Shown here one piece after another: positions 9,419-19,209 of a stretch of 64,000 nucleotides of DNA. The notes under the pieces were generated by a model. That model searched no databases and was not told where the DNA came from. It worked only from the letters and a program-made list of their open reading frames with translations. This stretch comes from Patescibacteria group bacterium (GTDB taxonomy: Bacteria; Patescibacteriota; Patescibacteriia; UBA9934), in contig JBAYHI010000001.1 in NCBI GenBank assembly GCA_041666205.1, forward strand, positions 90,894 to 154,893, read 5' to 3'. Made by a program: the position numbers and the translations under genes. Position 1 is the first letter of the stretch; every line of letters begins with the position of its first letter.

Positions 9419-12400
9419 ATGGCATATAAATTAAACACACTCAAGAGCACGGATTTTGACTCCATTCGCCTTCGTTTGGCCTCACCAGACATTATGCGAT
9501 CTTGGTCGTATGGCGAAATCACAAAGCCAGAGACCATCAACTACCGTACACAAAAGCCAGAAAAGCATGGATTGTTTGCGGAAGAAATCTTTGGGCCAAC
9601 CAAAGATTGGGAATGTTATTGCGGCAAATACAAGAAAATTCGTTATAAAGGCATTATCTGCGATAAATGTGGCGTTGAGGTCACACAAGCGGTTGTTCGC
9701 CGTGAACGCATGGGGCATATTGAACTGGCGTCACCCGTTTCCCATATTTGGTTTTTGCGAGGCGTTCCGTCAAAAATCGGTACGATTCTTGACATGAGCG
9801 TTCAGTCACTCGAAAAAGTCATTTATTTCTCAAGCTTCATCATTACCGATATCGATGAACAAGCACTCGCACAAACCATCGAGCAGGTTGAAGCCGAATA
9901 CAAGTCAAAAAAGAAGATGATTGCCGGGGAAGAGAAGCGAGACATGATGCGTGTTGAAGAGAAATTCAAAGACGAGCCAAAAAAATTGATCGCAGAAAAA
10001 CAGCAAATTGCTGAAATTACGGAAAAGAAGCTCGAGGAATTGGAAGCAGATTTCTTGAGCGTGGATCGTGATCTCAAAGAGATGAAGATCATGAAGATCA
10101 TTCCAGAAACCACTTATCATGATTGGTCGATTCGATTTGGACACATTTTCAACGCGGGAATTGGCGCAGAAGCGGTTTTGAAGCTTCTTGAGCGCATTGA
10201 TGTTCCAAAAACGATCGAATTACTCGATAAAGAAATCGAAACAACGAAATCGCGCACAAAGCACGATCGTATTTTGCGACGTCTCAAACTCCTTCATAGC
10301 TTGGAGCGCACACAAATCAAGCCAGATTGGATGGTCTTGCGCGTGCTTCCAGTGATTCCAGCGGATTTGCGTCCAATGGTGCCACTCGATGGTGGACGAT
10401 TCGCAACATCAGATTTGAACGATTTGTATCGACGCGTCATCAACCGTAATAACCGCTTGAAGCGATTATATGCATTGAACGCGCCGGAAGTCATTACTCG
10501 AAACGAGAAGCGCATGCTTCAAGAAGCGGTTGATGCACTCATCGATAACTCGGCACGCGCGGCAAAAACCGTTGTCGCAGCCACTGGAAAGAAGCGTCAG
10601 CTCAAATCCCTTGCAGACATTTTGAAAGGAAAACAAGGTCGCTTCCGTCAGAACCTTCTTGGAAAACGCATCGACTATTCAGGGCGATCGGTGATTGTGG
10701 TTGGACCTCACTTGCACATTGATGAATGCGGACTTCCAAAGAAAATGGCACTTGAACTCTTTAAGCCATTCGTTATTTCCAAGCTTATTGCACGGGAATA
10801 CGTTCACAATATTCGCTCAGCCAACCGATTTATTGATTCCGATCGTCCAGAAGTTTGGGATATTTTGGAAGAAGTAACGGCTGATTCATTTGTGCTCTTG
10901 AACCGCGCTCCAACTCTTCACCGTTTGGGTATTCAAGCATTCCGTCCACTCCTCATTGAAGGAAAAGCTATTCAAGTCCACCCACTCGTTTGTGACGCGT
11001 ATAACGCTGACTTCGATGGAGACCAAATGGCCGTGCACGTTCCACTCACAGAAGAGGCTCGACGCGAAGCAAAAGAAATCATGCTCTCTATTCGCAACCT
11101 TTTGAAGCCATCTCACGGTGGGCCGGTTGCAACTCCAGGAAAAGATATTGCATGGGCAAGCTACTTCTTGACCATGGTCTTTACGCAGCCAGATGAAAAG
11201 AATTTGAAATCCTACGGATCTCCTGAGGAAGCAATGTATGCATGCGAAATGGGTAAAATCAAACTCCAGGATTGGATTCGTGTGCGACGCAATGGGGAAC
11301 TCCTCATTACAACTGTCGGACGTTTGACTGTGAATGCATTTTTCCCAGAAAAAATCGGGTTCATCAATGATGTTATTGGGAAAAAGCAACTCGCAAACAT
11401 TGTGCGCGACATTTTGGAGTTCTACGGACAGGAAAAAACAGCCCGAATTCTTGATGAAATCAAAGACTTAGGGTTTGCGAGCGCCACAAAGTTCGGATTT
11501 TCATGGGGCATGGGCGAACTTCCAGATATCAAAGAGAAAAAGGCGATTATTGAAGAAGGAGATCGAAAAGTACAGGAAGTGGAAAGCTTCTTTGCGCAAG
11601 GGTTGCTCACGCAAGGGGAGCGCCACGTACAAATCATCAAGATTTGGACTGATGTAAAAGATCAAATTGAGGAACTTTCAAAGAAATCGTTGCCTCTTGG
11701 AAGCTCAGCGCAAACCATGATTGAATCCGGTGCACGTGGTGCATGGGGTCAGCTCACACAAATGGTTGGAATGATCGGAATGAAAGCATCTCCATCGGGC
11801 GACATTATCGAGCTTCCAGTGAAATCTTCCTTCAAAGACGGCGTTGATGTGCTTGAATTCTTCATCTCGTCTCACGGTATTCGCAAAGGTCTTACCGATA
11901 CGGCTCTTAAGACTGCAAACGCCGGGTACCTCACGCGCCGTTTGGTTGATGTTTCACAAGATGTCACGGTCCATGATGAAGATTGCCAAGACGAAGAGGG
12001 CGTTGTCATGACACATAAAGAATCCGAAGAAATTGGGGAGCCACTCCTTGTTCGCATTCTTGGTCGCTACACACTCGATGATATCGTCATGCCGGGCGGA
12101 CGCAAGGTGATTGTAAAAGCAGGCGAACTCATCAAAGAAGATCATGTTCGTGAACTCAAAACTGCCAAGAAAGAACTTGATTCTGCACACGTTCGATCGG
12201 TCATGACTTGTAAAGCACGTCGAGGAATCTGTCAGAAGTGCTATGGCTATGATTTGGCCTACAATAAACTCGTGAAACTCGGTACATCGGTTGGAATCAT
12301 CGCAGCTCAATCCATCGGGGAGCCTGGTACTCAGCTCACCATGCGTACATTCCACACCGGTGGTGTTGCAGGAAAAGACATTACGCAAGGGTTGCCACGT

Positions 12401-13447
12401 GTTGAAGAGCTCTTTGAAGCTCGTATGCCAAAGCGTAAGGCCATCATGACTGAGGTTTCGGGTAAAGTTGAGGTTGAAGAAGCAGAGCGATCTGTTGAGC
12501 AAGCAGGAACAGGAAAACAGATTACCGATACCCGCCCAGGCCAGAAAATCGTCCGCATTCGCTATACTGCAACCGATGAGCGAACCTATTTGATCGGACG
12601 AGGCGGAAAAATCACTGTAAAAGAAGGCGAGAAGGTGTCGAAAGGCGATGTGCTCGGGGCACTTTCCACTGGCGAAAAGATTTTGTGCGAAAATGAAGGC
12701 GTTGTTTCCTCGGTTGCGAAAACCAAACTCGTTGTCGTATTTGAAGGACAAAAGATCCGTGAATACGTCATTCCACAAGGTTATTCCTTGTACGTGAAAA
12801 CGGGTGACGAAGTTCGCGCAGGTGATGTGCTCACGGAAGGTCACCTTGATTTGCAAGCCTTGTACAAGTACCAGGGCAAAGAAGCAGTAAAACGCTATCT
12901 CTCAAAGGAAATCTTGGCTATTTACGCGTCACAAGGCCAGAAACTCAACAATAAGCACATTGAAATTATTATTCGCCAGATGTTTAGTCGTGTTCGTATC
13001 ACGATTCCAGGCGACACCGACTTCTTGCCTGGCGAAGTGATTGAAAAGACAACACTCTATCAGGTTATTGATGGCTTGAAGAAAGGTCAAAAAGCCCCAG
13101 AGTACGAGGAATTGTTCCTCGGGATCACAAAAGTTTCTCTTTCAACGGAATCCTGGCTCTCAGCAGCTTCGTTCCAAGAGACTGCACGCGTTCTTATTAA
13201 CGCCGCAGTCACCGGTAAAGTTGATACGCTTTCGGGCCTTAAGGAAAACGTTATCATTGGCCGCTTGATTCCAGCGGGAACGGGGTTCAATGCCGTACTC
13301 GATGATGGAAGCGACGAAGAACAGGAAGACGAACTGATTCCAAAAGAAGCAGTCGCTGAAATCGAAAAAGAAATCAAAGAAGAAGGACCAGGCATGGGCA
13401 CGGTCGTGGTAGAAGAAGAGGTTGAAGAAATGAACGCCAAAGAATAA
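9419..13447 (+). CDS. rpoC: DNA-directed RNA polymerase subunit beta prime
   Basis: 1342 aa with the zinc-binding CxxC...CxxC N-terminus, the NADFDGD catalytic motif and the trigger loop. Confidence 0.97.
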   Translation: MAYKLNTLKSTDFDSIRLRLASPDIMRSWSYGEITKPETINYRTQKPEKHGLFAEEIFGPTKDWECYCGKYKKIRYKGIICDKCGVEVTQAVVRRERMGHIELASPVSHIWFLRGVPSKIGTILDMSVQSLEKVIYFSSFIITDIDEQALAQTIEQVEAEYKSKKKMIAGEEKRDMMRVEEKFKDEPKKLIAEKQQIAEITEKKLEELEADFLSVDRDLKEMKIMKIIPETTYHDWSIRFGHIFNAGIGAEAVLKLLERIDVPKTIELLDKEIETTKSRTKHDRILRRLKLLHSLERTQIKPDWMVLRVLPVIPADLRPMVPLDGGRFATSDLNDLYRRVINRNNRLKRLYALNAPEVITRNEKRMLQEAVDALIDNSARAAKTVVAATGKKRQLKSLADILKGKQGRFRQNLLGKRIDYSGRSVIVVGPHLHIDECGLPKKMALELFKPFVISKLIAREYVHNIRSANRFIDSDRPEVWDILEEVTADSFVLLNRAPTLHRLGIQAFRPLLIEGKAIQVHPLVCDAYNADFDGDQMAVHVPLTEEARREAKEIMLSIRNLLKPSHGGPVATPGKDIAWASYFLTMVFTQPDEKNLKSYGSPEEAMYACEMGKIKLQDWIRVRRNGELLITTVGRLTVNAFFPEKIGFINDVIGKKQLANIVRDILEFYGQEKTARILDEIKDLGFASATKFGFSWGMGELPDIKEKKAIIEEGDRKVQEVESFFAQGLLTQGERHVQIIKIWTDVKDQIEELSKKSLPLGSSAQTMIESGARGAWGQLTQMVGMIGMKASPSGDIIELPVKSSFKDGVDVLEFFISSHGIRKGLTDTALKTANAGYLTRRLVDVSQDVTVHDEDCQDEEGVVMTHKESEEIGEPLLVRILGRYTLDDIVMPGGRKVIVKAGELIKEDHVRELKTAKKELDSAHVRSVMTCKARRGICQKCYGYDLAYNKLVKLGTSVGIIAAQSIGEPGTQLTMRTFHTGGVAGKDITQGLPRVEELFEARMPKRKAIMTEVSGKVEVEEAERSVEQAGTGKQITDTRPGQKIVRIRYTATDERTYLIGRGGKITVKEGEKVSKGDVLGALSTGEKILCENEGVVSSVAKTKLVVVFEGQKIREYVIPQGYSLYVKTGDEVRAGDVLTEGHLDLQALYKYQGKEAVKRYLSKEILAIYASQGQKLNNKHIEIIIRQMFSRVRITIPGDTDFLPGEVIEKTTLYQVIDGLKKGQKAPEYEELFLGITKVSLSTESWLSAASFQETARVLINAAVTGKVDTLSGLKENVIIGRLIPAGTGFNAVLDDGSDEEQEDELIPKEAVAEIEKEIKEEGPGMGTVVVEEEVEEMNAKE

Positions 13448-13452
13448 GAACA

Positions 13453-13478
13453 AAAAGCGCTCCACACGGGGCGCTTTT
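13453..13478. terminator. bidirectional intrinsic terminator after rpoC
   Basis: AAAAGCGC-tccacacggg-GCGCTTTT: a stem flanked by an A-run and a T-run. Confidence 0.6.
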
Positions 13479-13536
13479 GTGATTGGCAAAGATAGTGATT
13501 TATGGTACGTTTTGCCAAGAACAAACCAATTTTTCT

Positions 13537-14253
13537 ATGAGCGGACATAGCAAATGGCATAATATTCAAAAGCGAAAAGGCGCAGTTGACGCAAAAAAGG
13601 GTCAGGCCTTTAGTAAGATCGCAAAAATGATCTCGATTGCTGCAAAAGAAGGCGGCGGCGATCAAAATAGCAACTTTTCTTTGCGTTTGGCAATCGAAAA
13701 AGCCAAAGAAGTGAACATGCCAAAAGATAATATCGACCGCGCTATTCAGCGGGGAACTGGCATTGGGCTCGATACCGTGCTCGAGCCGGTTGTCTACGAA
13801 GGGATGGGTCCGGGCGGAGTTGCATTGCTTGTAGAGGCAGTAACCGACAATAAAGCGCGCACCTATGGCAATGTGCGAAATTTGTTCACAAAACACGGCG
13901 CAAATATGGAGGCGCGCGTACTTTGGATGTTTGATCACAAAGGGGTTGTGCGTGCCAAGGGCATTCTTGAAGCAGGAAATCGCGATGAGATCGAGCTTGA
14001 ACTCATTGATGCTGGCGCTGAAGATGTGCAAGAAGATGAGGGGGTATTGGAGATTCTTTGCCCAGTTTCAAAATTGCAAACACTATCGGATTTTGTGAAA
14101 TCAAAAGGATTCACGGTGGAAGACGCACAAATTTCTTATATCCCAAAAAATCCTGTAACGGTTTCCGACGAAGACGGGGAAAAATTGAGTAATTTTATTG
14201 AGGCGCTCGAAGAAGATGAAGATGTGACGCAGGTTCATACGAGCGTGGCTTAG
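13537..14253 (+). CDS. yebC: YebC/PmpR family transcriptional regulator
   Basis: MSGHSKWHNIQKRKGAVDAKKGQAFSKIAK... is the canonical YebC N-terminus. The ORF-track start at 13483 is probably too early. Confidence 0.9.
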   Translation: MSGHSKWHNIQKRKGAVDAKKGQAFSKIAKMISIAAKEGGGDQNSNFSLRLAIEKAKEVNMPKDNIDRAIQRGTGIGLDTVLEPVVYEGMGPGGVALLVEAVTDNKARTYGNVRNLFTKHGANMEARVLWMFDHKGVVRAKGILEAGNRDEIELELIDAGAEDVQEDEGVLEILCPVSKLQTLSDFVKSKGFTVEDAQISYIPKNPVTVSDEDGEKLSNFIEALEEDEDVTQVHTSVA

Positions 14254-14257
14254 ACCC

Positions 14258-14758
14258 ATGAAAAAAGAACACCACATTGTTCTTGGCATTGATCCGGGCT
14301 ATGGTCGATGCGGTTTTGGCATTATTGAAGCGCAAAAATCCGATTGGAAATGCCTCGGGCATGGCGTTATTACCACGAGCAAAGAATCAGAACACGCACA
14401 GCGACTTTTTGAGATTTCAGAAGACGTACGCGTCATTATCAAAAAGTATCGCCCAACGCTCCTTGTAATTGAGGAGCTCTTTTTTTCCAAAAGCACGACA
14501 ACAGCACTTAAGGTTGCGGAAGTTCGGGGAGTTATTTTGGCACTCTCAAATGAATTGGGTCTTGATATTGTTGAGGTAAAGCCAAATGAAGTGAAGCTCG
14601 CTGTCACTGGCTACGGACGGGCAGAAAAATGCCAAGTGCAAGAGATGGTGAAGACCTTATTTGGGTTCAAAAAAATTCCTAAGCCCGACGACGCGGCTGA
14701 TGCACTCGCCATTGCATGGACCGGGGCTTCGCGCCGCATTTTTTCCGCAAAGCATTAG
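14258..14758 (+). CDS. ruvC: crossover junction endodeoxyribonuclease RuvC
   Basis: ILGIDPGYGRCGFGII, the catalytic acidic residues, and the typical size (166 aa), in the conserved position after yebC. Confidence 0.9.
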   Translation: MKKEHHIVLGIDPGYGRCGFGIIEAQKSDWKCLGHGVITTSKESEHAQRLFEISEDVRVIIKKYRPTLLVIEELFFSKSTTTALKVAEVRGVILALSNELGLDIVEVKPNEVKLAVTGYGRAEKCQVQEMVKTLFGFKKIPKPDDAADALAIAWTGASRRIFSAKH

Positions 14759-14795
14759 AAACCTGTAATGAATTCATGGTATCATTGGGGAAACT

Positions 14796-15314
14796 ATGGG
14801 GCGGTTTCGTTTGAAAAAATTATTGCGAAAGAAGCGGCGATTCTCATTTGATTTCTTTTTGCCGCTCGTTCGTTGGTTCCGGCCAAAACGCGATTATAAG
14901 AAATTTGGGCTAGCAATCCTTTTTTTGGCGGTTTTTTATCCATGTCTTGGATTTGCTTACTACGAGCTTTATTATGCGCGTGGAATCTATTTGCCTTCGC
15001 CGCGGGAATATCTGAAAGATCAATGCGAAGATCACAATTTAGACTTTACCTTGCTTGATTCGATCGTATTTTGCGAAAGTAATTGGAGAATGGTAAAAAA
15101 TTCTTCCTCAACGGCATTTGGTTATTTCCAAATTTTAGATGGAACTGAAGCTACAACCCCAATGTATGCCGAGGGCCTTCGAAAATTTGATCCATACGCA
15201 AATATCGATATGGGCGTTTACCTCTATGAGCGTGATGGGTGGTACCCATGGGCCACGTCAAAAGGATGTTGGTGGTGGAGGTATCAACGCTTGAGCGCGA
15301 CCGCAAAAAAATAA
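14796..15314 (+). CDS. lytic transglycosylase (SLT domain) with N-terminal membrane anchor
   Basis: The SLT catalytic signature CESNW (E-S) followed by AFGYFQIL, after a basic N-terminus and a TM segment. Confidence 0.6.
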   Translation: MGRFRLKKLLRKKRRFSFDFFLPLVRWFRPKRDYKKFGLAILFLAVFYPCLGFAYYELYYARGIYLPSPREYLKDQCEDHNLDFTLLDSIVFCESNWRMVKNSSSTAFGYFQILDGTEATTPMYAEGLRKFDPYANIDMGVYLYERDGWYPWATSKGCWWWRYQRLSATAKK

Positions 15315-15375
15315 CCCTTCTCGGGTTATTTTCAATATTCATGTGATGGCTTGCCATCCGTAGCCATGAAAAACT

Positions 15376-15410
15376 CGATTCGCGTCCTCCTTCGCTCTGT
15401 AAGAGCAGAG
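15376..15410 (+). repeat. family-2 structured repeat (CCTCCTTCGCTCTG-loop-CAGAGCTACGGAGGA)
   Basis: A 15-bp imperfect hairpin with a conserved internal mismatch block. Related copies lie at 15448-15485, 21384-21418, 33348-33383, 63110-63138 and 63557-63596. Confidence 0.6.
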
Positions 15411-15447
15411 CTACGGAGGACAACCCTCGTTTCAGCTGACAAACCAA

Positions 15448-15485
15448 CGATGGCTTGCCAACCGTAGCTTCAGCGATAGCTGAAG
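15448..15485 (-). repeat. family-2 structured repeat, inverted copy, abutting tRNA-Gly
   Basis: Reverse complement reads CCAACCTTCGCTTCAGC-TATC-GCTGAAGCTACGGTTGG. The 21-mer GATGGCTTGCCA(T/A)CCGTAGC also recurs at 15343 and 15450. Confidence 0.55.
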
Positions 15486-15492
15486 CGAAGGT

Positions 15493-15567
15493 TGGAGCGG
15501 GTGAACGGAATCGAACCGTCATCTTCAGCTTGGAAGGCTGACATAATAACCACTATACGACACCCGC
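15493..15567 (-). tRNA. tRNA-Gly (anticodon TCC)
   Basis: Reverse complement GCGGGTG...CAGCC-TTCCAAG-GCTGA...GGTTCGATTCC...CACCCGC-T-CCA is a cloverleaf with anticodon UCC. Confidence 0.8.
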
Positions 15568-15601
15568 AAAACCGAAAATATGATATCCTAAAACCATTGG
15601 A

Positions 15602-16984
15602 TTGTCTAGATTTCCTATGAAAAAGACTGTTTTTCTTTCGATTCCGTTTGTCTTAGTGTTTTTAGTCCTTTTGGGTGTCTTTTTCATATCAAAGAATGAG
15701 CAAGTCTCTCCAATCGAAGAGGAAAAAGGAAATCATTCCCAAATTGGACTCAATTTCATTCGATATTTTTGGGAAGAAGATGGGGAGCTCAAGGATTTCA
15801 GCGATCCGGCGTGGGTTGCGGAAGAATTTTCAGCGCTTGGCATTGGATTTCAGCGTCAATTGGTCACAGCGGATTTAACGTGGGGAAATATCGAACCGCA
15901 AGATGGTGCGTGGAACTTTGAGAGATCTGATGCGGTGCTCAAATCTACGACGGTTGAGCCAATCGTGACGCTTTTTGCCATGCAATACGCATCGCCTACG
16001 CCTCCATGGATGAAGCGAGGATGCACGTTCCAAAAAACCGTCGGTGCAGAGGCGCGGGATTATCTGGAAACGGTTGTGAAACGTTATGCGGACGACGTGA
16101 CATATTGGGAGATTGGCAATGAAATGGATCACTGGCGAGCGCTCGACGAGGCAGATGGACCAGCTGACATCACAAAATTGCCGTCCTGTTTGCCAAGCGA
16201 CGGATTCTCACCAGAAGAGCAGGGATTGTTTTTTAAACAAACAGCACAAATCATTCGCGACAATGATCCGGAAGCAATTATCCTCATGCCAGGAATGGCG
16301 GGTCTTAGCGACTACACGTTAAATACATGGTTTTACGGCGTTATTGCCGGCGGTGGCACGGATTGGTTCGATATCGTCAACTATCATTTCTATTCACCAT
16401 GGAATCAATTTTCGCCACTGCGAAAAAATCTCGATGCGTTCTTAAAAAATAATTTGCTCACTGGCAAACCAGTCTGGCTCACGGAAACTGGATCGACTTC
16501 GAGCCCGACGCTCACGCAACGCACAAATTATCCCAATAGCGAGGCGTCGCAAGCATCAGATATTTTCCGTCGCATCGTTCCTGCATACGCACTGGGCGAT
16601 GATGTGGTGCTCTGGCATACACATGTGAGCTCTCCTGACGAGCCTACAAATGATTGGAGGCTCTATGGCATCAACGATGACGATGGAAACCCGCAACAGG
16701 CGTATTATGCGTTTAAATTGCTTATCGACGAACTTCTGCCATTCACAAAGGTTGAAGTGATCAAAGAAGAAGGACAACGAGGACAAAATATCTACGAAAT
16801 TACACGTGAAGACGGCGCGGTAGTTTATGTGGCGTGGGGAGAAGGGGATCTATCCGTGTCCTCACTGGAACATGGCGTTTCAAAGATGACAGACGTTGCG
16901 TCAAATAATGAGAATTACTCCTGGTTGCCAGTTCGAAGTGAGGCGGTCGTATCCTTGTCAGATATCCCAATTTTGCTAGAATAG
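15602..16984 (+). CDS. glycoside hydrolase (clan GH-A TIM-barrel type) with N-terminal signal/anchor
   Basis: N-terminal hydrophobic segment; WEIGNEMDHW (the NE acid/base motif) and a later LTETGS (nucleophile Glu) are typical of GH-A families such as GH5/GH39. Confidence 0.55.
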   Translation: MSRFPMKKTVFLSIPFVLVFLVLLGVFFISKNEQVSPIEEEKGNHSQIGLNFIRYFWEEDGELKDFSDPAWVAEEFSALGIGFQRQLVTADLTWGNIEPQDGAWNFERSDAVLKSTTVEPIVTLFAMQYASPTPPWMKRGCTFQKTVGAEARDYLETVVKRYADDVTYWEIGNEMDHWRALDEADGPADITKLPSCLPSDGFSPEEQGLFFKQTAQIIRDNDPEAIILMPGMAGLSDYTLNTWFYGVIAGGGTDWFDIVNYHFYSPWNQFSPLRKNLDAFLKNNLLTGKPVWLTETGSTSSPTLTQRTNYPNSEASQASDIFRRIVPAYALGDDVVLWHTHVSSPDEPTNDWRLYGINDDDGNPQQAYYAFKLLIDELLPFTKVEVIKEEGQRGQNIYEITREDGAVVYVAWGEGDLSVSSLEHGVSKMTDVASNNENYSWLPVRSEAVVSLSDIPILLE

Positions 16985-16994
16985 CGTAGCAAAT

Positions 16995-17071
16995 CGGGCT
17001 GTAGCTCAGGTGGCTAGAGCGCTACGTTCGGGACGTAGAGGTCGCTGGTTCGAGTCCAGTCAGCCCGACCA
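16995..17071 (+). tRNA. tRNA-Pro (anticodon CGG)
   Basis: CGGGCTG...CTACG-TTCGGGA-CGTAG...GGTTCGAGTCC...CAGCCCG-A-CCA, with the C1:G72 pair characteristic of bacterial tRNA-Pro. Confidence 0.85.
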
Positions 17072-17212
17072 TGGAATATTTACCCAAGTTTGTCAGCTAC
17101 TGCGTTGCGGGTCCCTGAATTTTCCTCACCGTACATTTGGGTACGGCTCAGAAAATTCATCCCGCGCCTTGTATCTGTTAAACTTAGTAAATATTCGAAG
17201 AGCGGTTAGTGT

Positions 17213-17289
17213 CGGGCTGTAGCGCAGTTGGCTAGCGCGCTTGCATGGGGTGCAAGAGGTCGACGGTTCAAGTCCGTTCAGCCCGACCA
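17213..17289 (+). tRNA. tRNA-Pro (anticodon GGG)
   Basis: CGGGCTG...CTTGC-ATGGGGT-GCAAG...GGTTCAAGTCC...CAGCCCG-A-CCA. A paralog of the CGG copy; both carry the same 3' trailer TGGAA(T/C)ATTTACCCAAGT. Confidence 0.85.
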
Positions 17290-17372
17290 TGGAACATTTA
17301 CCCAAGTCAATTTTCAAAATTAGCGCATCCGATCCGGGTGCATTTTTGTTTGCTTCGCGCTATCATGGCGCT

Positions 17373-17933
17373 ATGCAAATTTATCTCCTCATCGTTAGCT
17401 ATTTGGTCATCTTCTGTATATGCGTGCTCATGATTGGCTTATTTATTTGGTGGATGAGTCTTATGCCAACGCGCGCGCCATTTATTCCGATCTCAAAGGA
17501 TGTTCTTCCAATGATTATTGATGCGCTCGAGCTCAAAGAGGGGAGCTATCTTGTCGATCTTGGATGTGGCGATGCGCGCGTCATTGAGGCTGCGTGGAAG
17601 AAAGAGCCCCGAGCGCGATTTTTGGGGGTTGATAATGCGCTTGCGCCAATTGTGATGGCAACATTGCGTTTGCGGAAATACAAAGCATCCACCATTACTC
17701 TAAAGAAGCAGAATATTTTTAAAACTGATCTCACGCCTATTTCACATGTATTCACCTTTCTTTTGCCAGGCCTCATGGATAAAATTTTGCCCAAGCTTGA
17801 AGCAGAGCTGGCACCAGGCACGCGAGTAGTTTCGTGCGATTTTCAATTTTCACAAAGGCCAGCAGATTTCATCATTGATTTGCATCGCAAAGATCATCAA
17901 CTCGGTCGCACACTTTACGTGTACATTTTCTAG
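17373..17933 (+). CDS. class I SAM-dependent methyltransferase with N-terminal TM helix
   Basis: Motif I VDLGCGDARV and the downstream fold. The ORF-track start at 17241 overlaps the tRNA, so the start was placed at the internal ATG at 17373. Confidence 0.55.
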   Translation: MQIYLLIVSYLVIFCICVLMIGLFIWWMSLMPTRAPFIPISKDVLPMIIDALELKEGSYLVDLGCGDARVIEAAWKKEPRARFLGVDNALAPIVMATLRLRKYKASTITLKKQNIFKTDLTPISHVFTFLLPGLMDKILPKLEAELAPGTRVVSCDFQFSQRPADFIIDLHRKDHQLGRTLYVYIF

Positions 17934-17964
17934 CCCTTGTGGCATGTCGGTTTGAGCGGTACAG

Positions 17965-18900
17965 TTGCAGTATATGGGGCAGAAATCTTGTGAGAAATTT
18001 CCAATTGAACCAATTCTCAAGGAATATTTTGATTCCTGGTCGCCAATTTTTCCAGTGGACGCTGGGCTCGTGAATTGCGTTTACACGTTCGAGGCAGGGG
18101 AGGAAAAATACGTACTCCGGGTTTATGCGCCAACGGCGTATATTGAGCGTTCAAAGGATTCACTTCTGGCAGAGCTAGATGTGATGGCATTGTTTGGAAG
18201 TACTGGGGTCCCGGTGCAAGAACCGATTCCAAATCGTTCTGGCGAGCTTGTAACAGCGGGGCAGGGGTATTTTGCAATTGTGTTCCAATATATCGAAGGC
18301 ACGCATGCATACGGCGCGCTTCTTCCAGTGCATTTTCGTGAAATGGGGGGTCTGATGGCAGATATGCATCGCGCTGCAATTGAACTGCGTCCAGCATGTG
18401 AAAAGAAGTGGGATGGGAAGGATTTTTGGGAGTATGTATGGGGATTGGGAGACTTAGAACGTGATGATTTAGGAGAGCTCCTGCTTGCGTCAAAAAAAGA
18501 TAAGGAGATTTTGGAGACGGCGAATCATTATTGTATCCACGGAGATTTTCATTTTGGAAATGTCTTGTTCAAGGGCAATACACTTGCGGCACTTTTGGAT
18601 TTTGATAATTATCGTTTGGGGGATGCAGCTGACGATATCGCACGATTTTTCGTGGCTGAACTTTCTTATGCAGAGCCAAATGTCTATTCGCAGAGCCAGG
18701 GAAAAATACAGGCTTTTTTCGAAGAATATCAGATTCATCGACCAATGGATCCTGCTGAGGTTCAGCTCCTTTTTGCCTACCTTCGCCTTCATGAGCTTTA
18801 CCAGACGATTCGTCTTGGTCACGAGAAGCCCGAGAAACTTCCTTATTTCCACGAGCAAATGCATGACCTTTGGGAATGGGTGAAAGAGATTTGTCATTAA
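17965..18900 (+). CDS. aminoglycoside/choline-kinase-type phosphotransferase (APH family)
   Basis: Brenner motif HGDFHFGNVLF and LLDFDN (the catalytic loop and DxD) of the APH/ChoK kinase fold. Confidence 0.65.
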   Translation: MQYMGQKSCEKFPIEPILKEYFDSWSPIFPVDAGLVNCVYTFEAGEEKYVLRVYAPTAYIERSKDSLLAELDVMALFGSTGVPVQEPIPNRSGELVTAGQGYFAIVFQYIEGTHAYGALLPVHFREMGGLMADMHRAAIELRPACEKKWDGKDFWEYVWGLGDLERDDLGELLLASKKDKEILETANHYCIHGDFHFGNVLFKGNTLAALLDFDNYRLGDAADDIARFFVAELSYAEPNVYSQSQGKIQAFFEEYQIHRPMDPAEVQLLFAYLRLHELYQTIRLGHEKPEKLPYFHEQMHDLWEWVKEICH

Positions 18901-18936
18901 ACAAAAAAGAGGCTCGATTGAGCTTCTCTTTTGGCA
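18901..18936 (+). terminator. intrinsic terminator after the APH-like gene
   Basis: AAAAGAGGCTCGATTGAGCTTCTCTTTT: a stem plus a T-run. Confidence 0.6.
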
Positions 18937-19031
18937 ATGCTTTGCGTGGCTATCACCGAGCTTAGCCTGCTTTTTGTTTCCGCGACGAACGCTCAGCGTT
19001 CGTCATCTCACAGAAACCGAGCTAAGCTCGG

Positions 19032-19108
19032 TGGTGGGTGTGGATGGACTCGAACCATCGACCTCAGTCTTATCAGGACTGCGCTCTAACCACCTGAGCT
19101 ACACACCC
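19032..19108 (-). tRNA. tRNA-Ile (anticodon GAT)
   Basis: Reverse complement GGGTGTGTAGCTCAGGTGGTTAGAGCGCAGTC-CTGATAA-GACTG...GGTTCGAGTCC...CACACCC-A-CCA. Confidence 0.9.
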
Positions 19109-19131
19109 ATTGATCAAAAAATTGTGCCGTT

Positions 19132-19161
19132 ATCATAACGAAAAACCCTTGAACCGTCAAG
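19132..19161 (-). promoter_or_regulatory. promoter for tRNA-Ile (TTGACG-18-TATGAT)
   Basis: On the minus strand, TTGACG is the reverse complement of 19156-19161 and TATGAT of 19132-19137. It is divergent from the tRNA-Pro/Phe promoter. Confidence 0.5.
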
Positions 19162-19171
19162 CGGAGTCCCT

Positions 19172-19200
19172 TGCAAGAAAAGCCGTTTTCTGATATATTC
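19172..19200 (+). promoter_or_regulatory. promoter for the tRNA-Pro(TGG)-tRNA-Phe pair (TTGCAA-17-TATATT)
   Basis: TTGCAA at 19172-19177 and TATATT at 19195-19200, about 10 nt before the tRNA 5' end. Confidence 0.55.
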
Positions 19201-19209
19201 TTTTCACAT

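Noticed and set aside
11954-12856. 300-aa minus-strand ORF
   Set aside because: It is entirely antisense to the rpoC coding sequence.
17241-17372. 5' extension of the methyltransferase ORF
   Set aside because: It overlaps the 3' end of tRNA-Pro(GGG) and its trailer; the internal ATG at 17373 followed by a TM helix is the plausible start.
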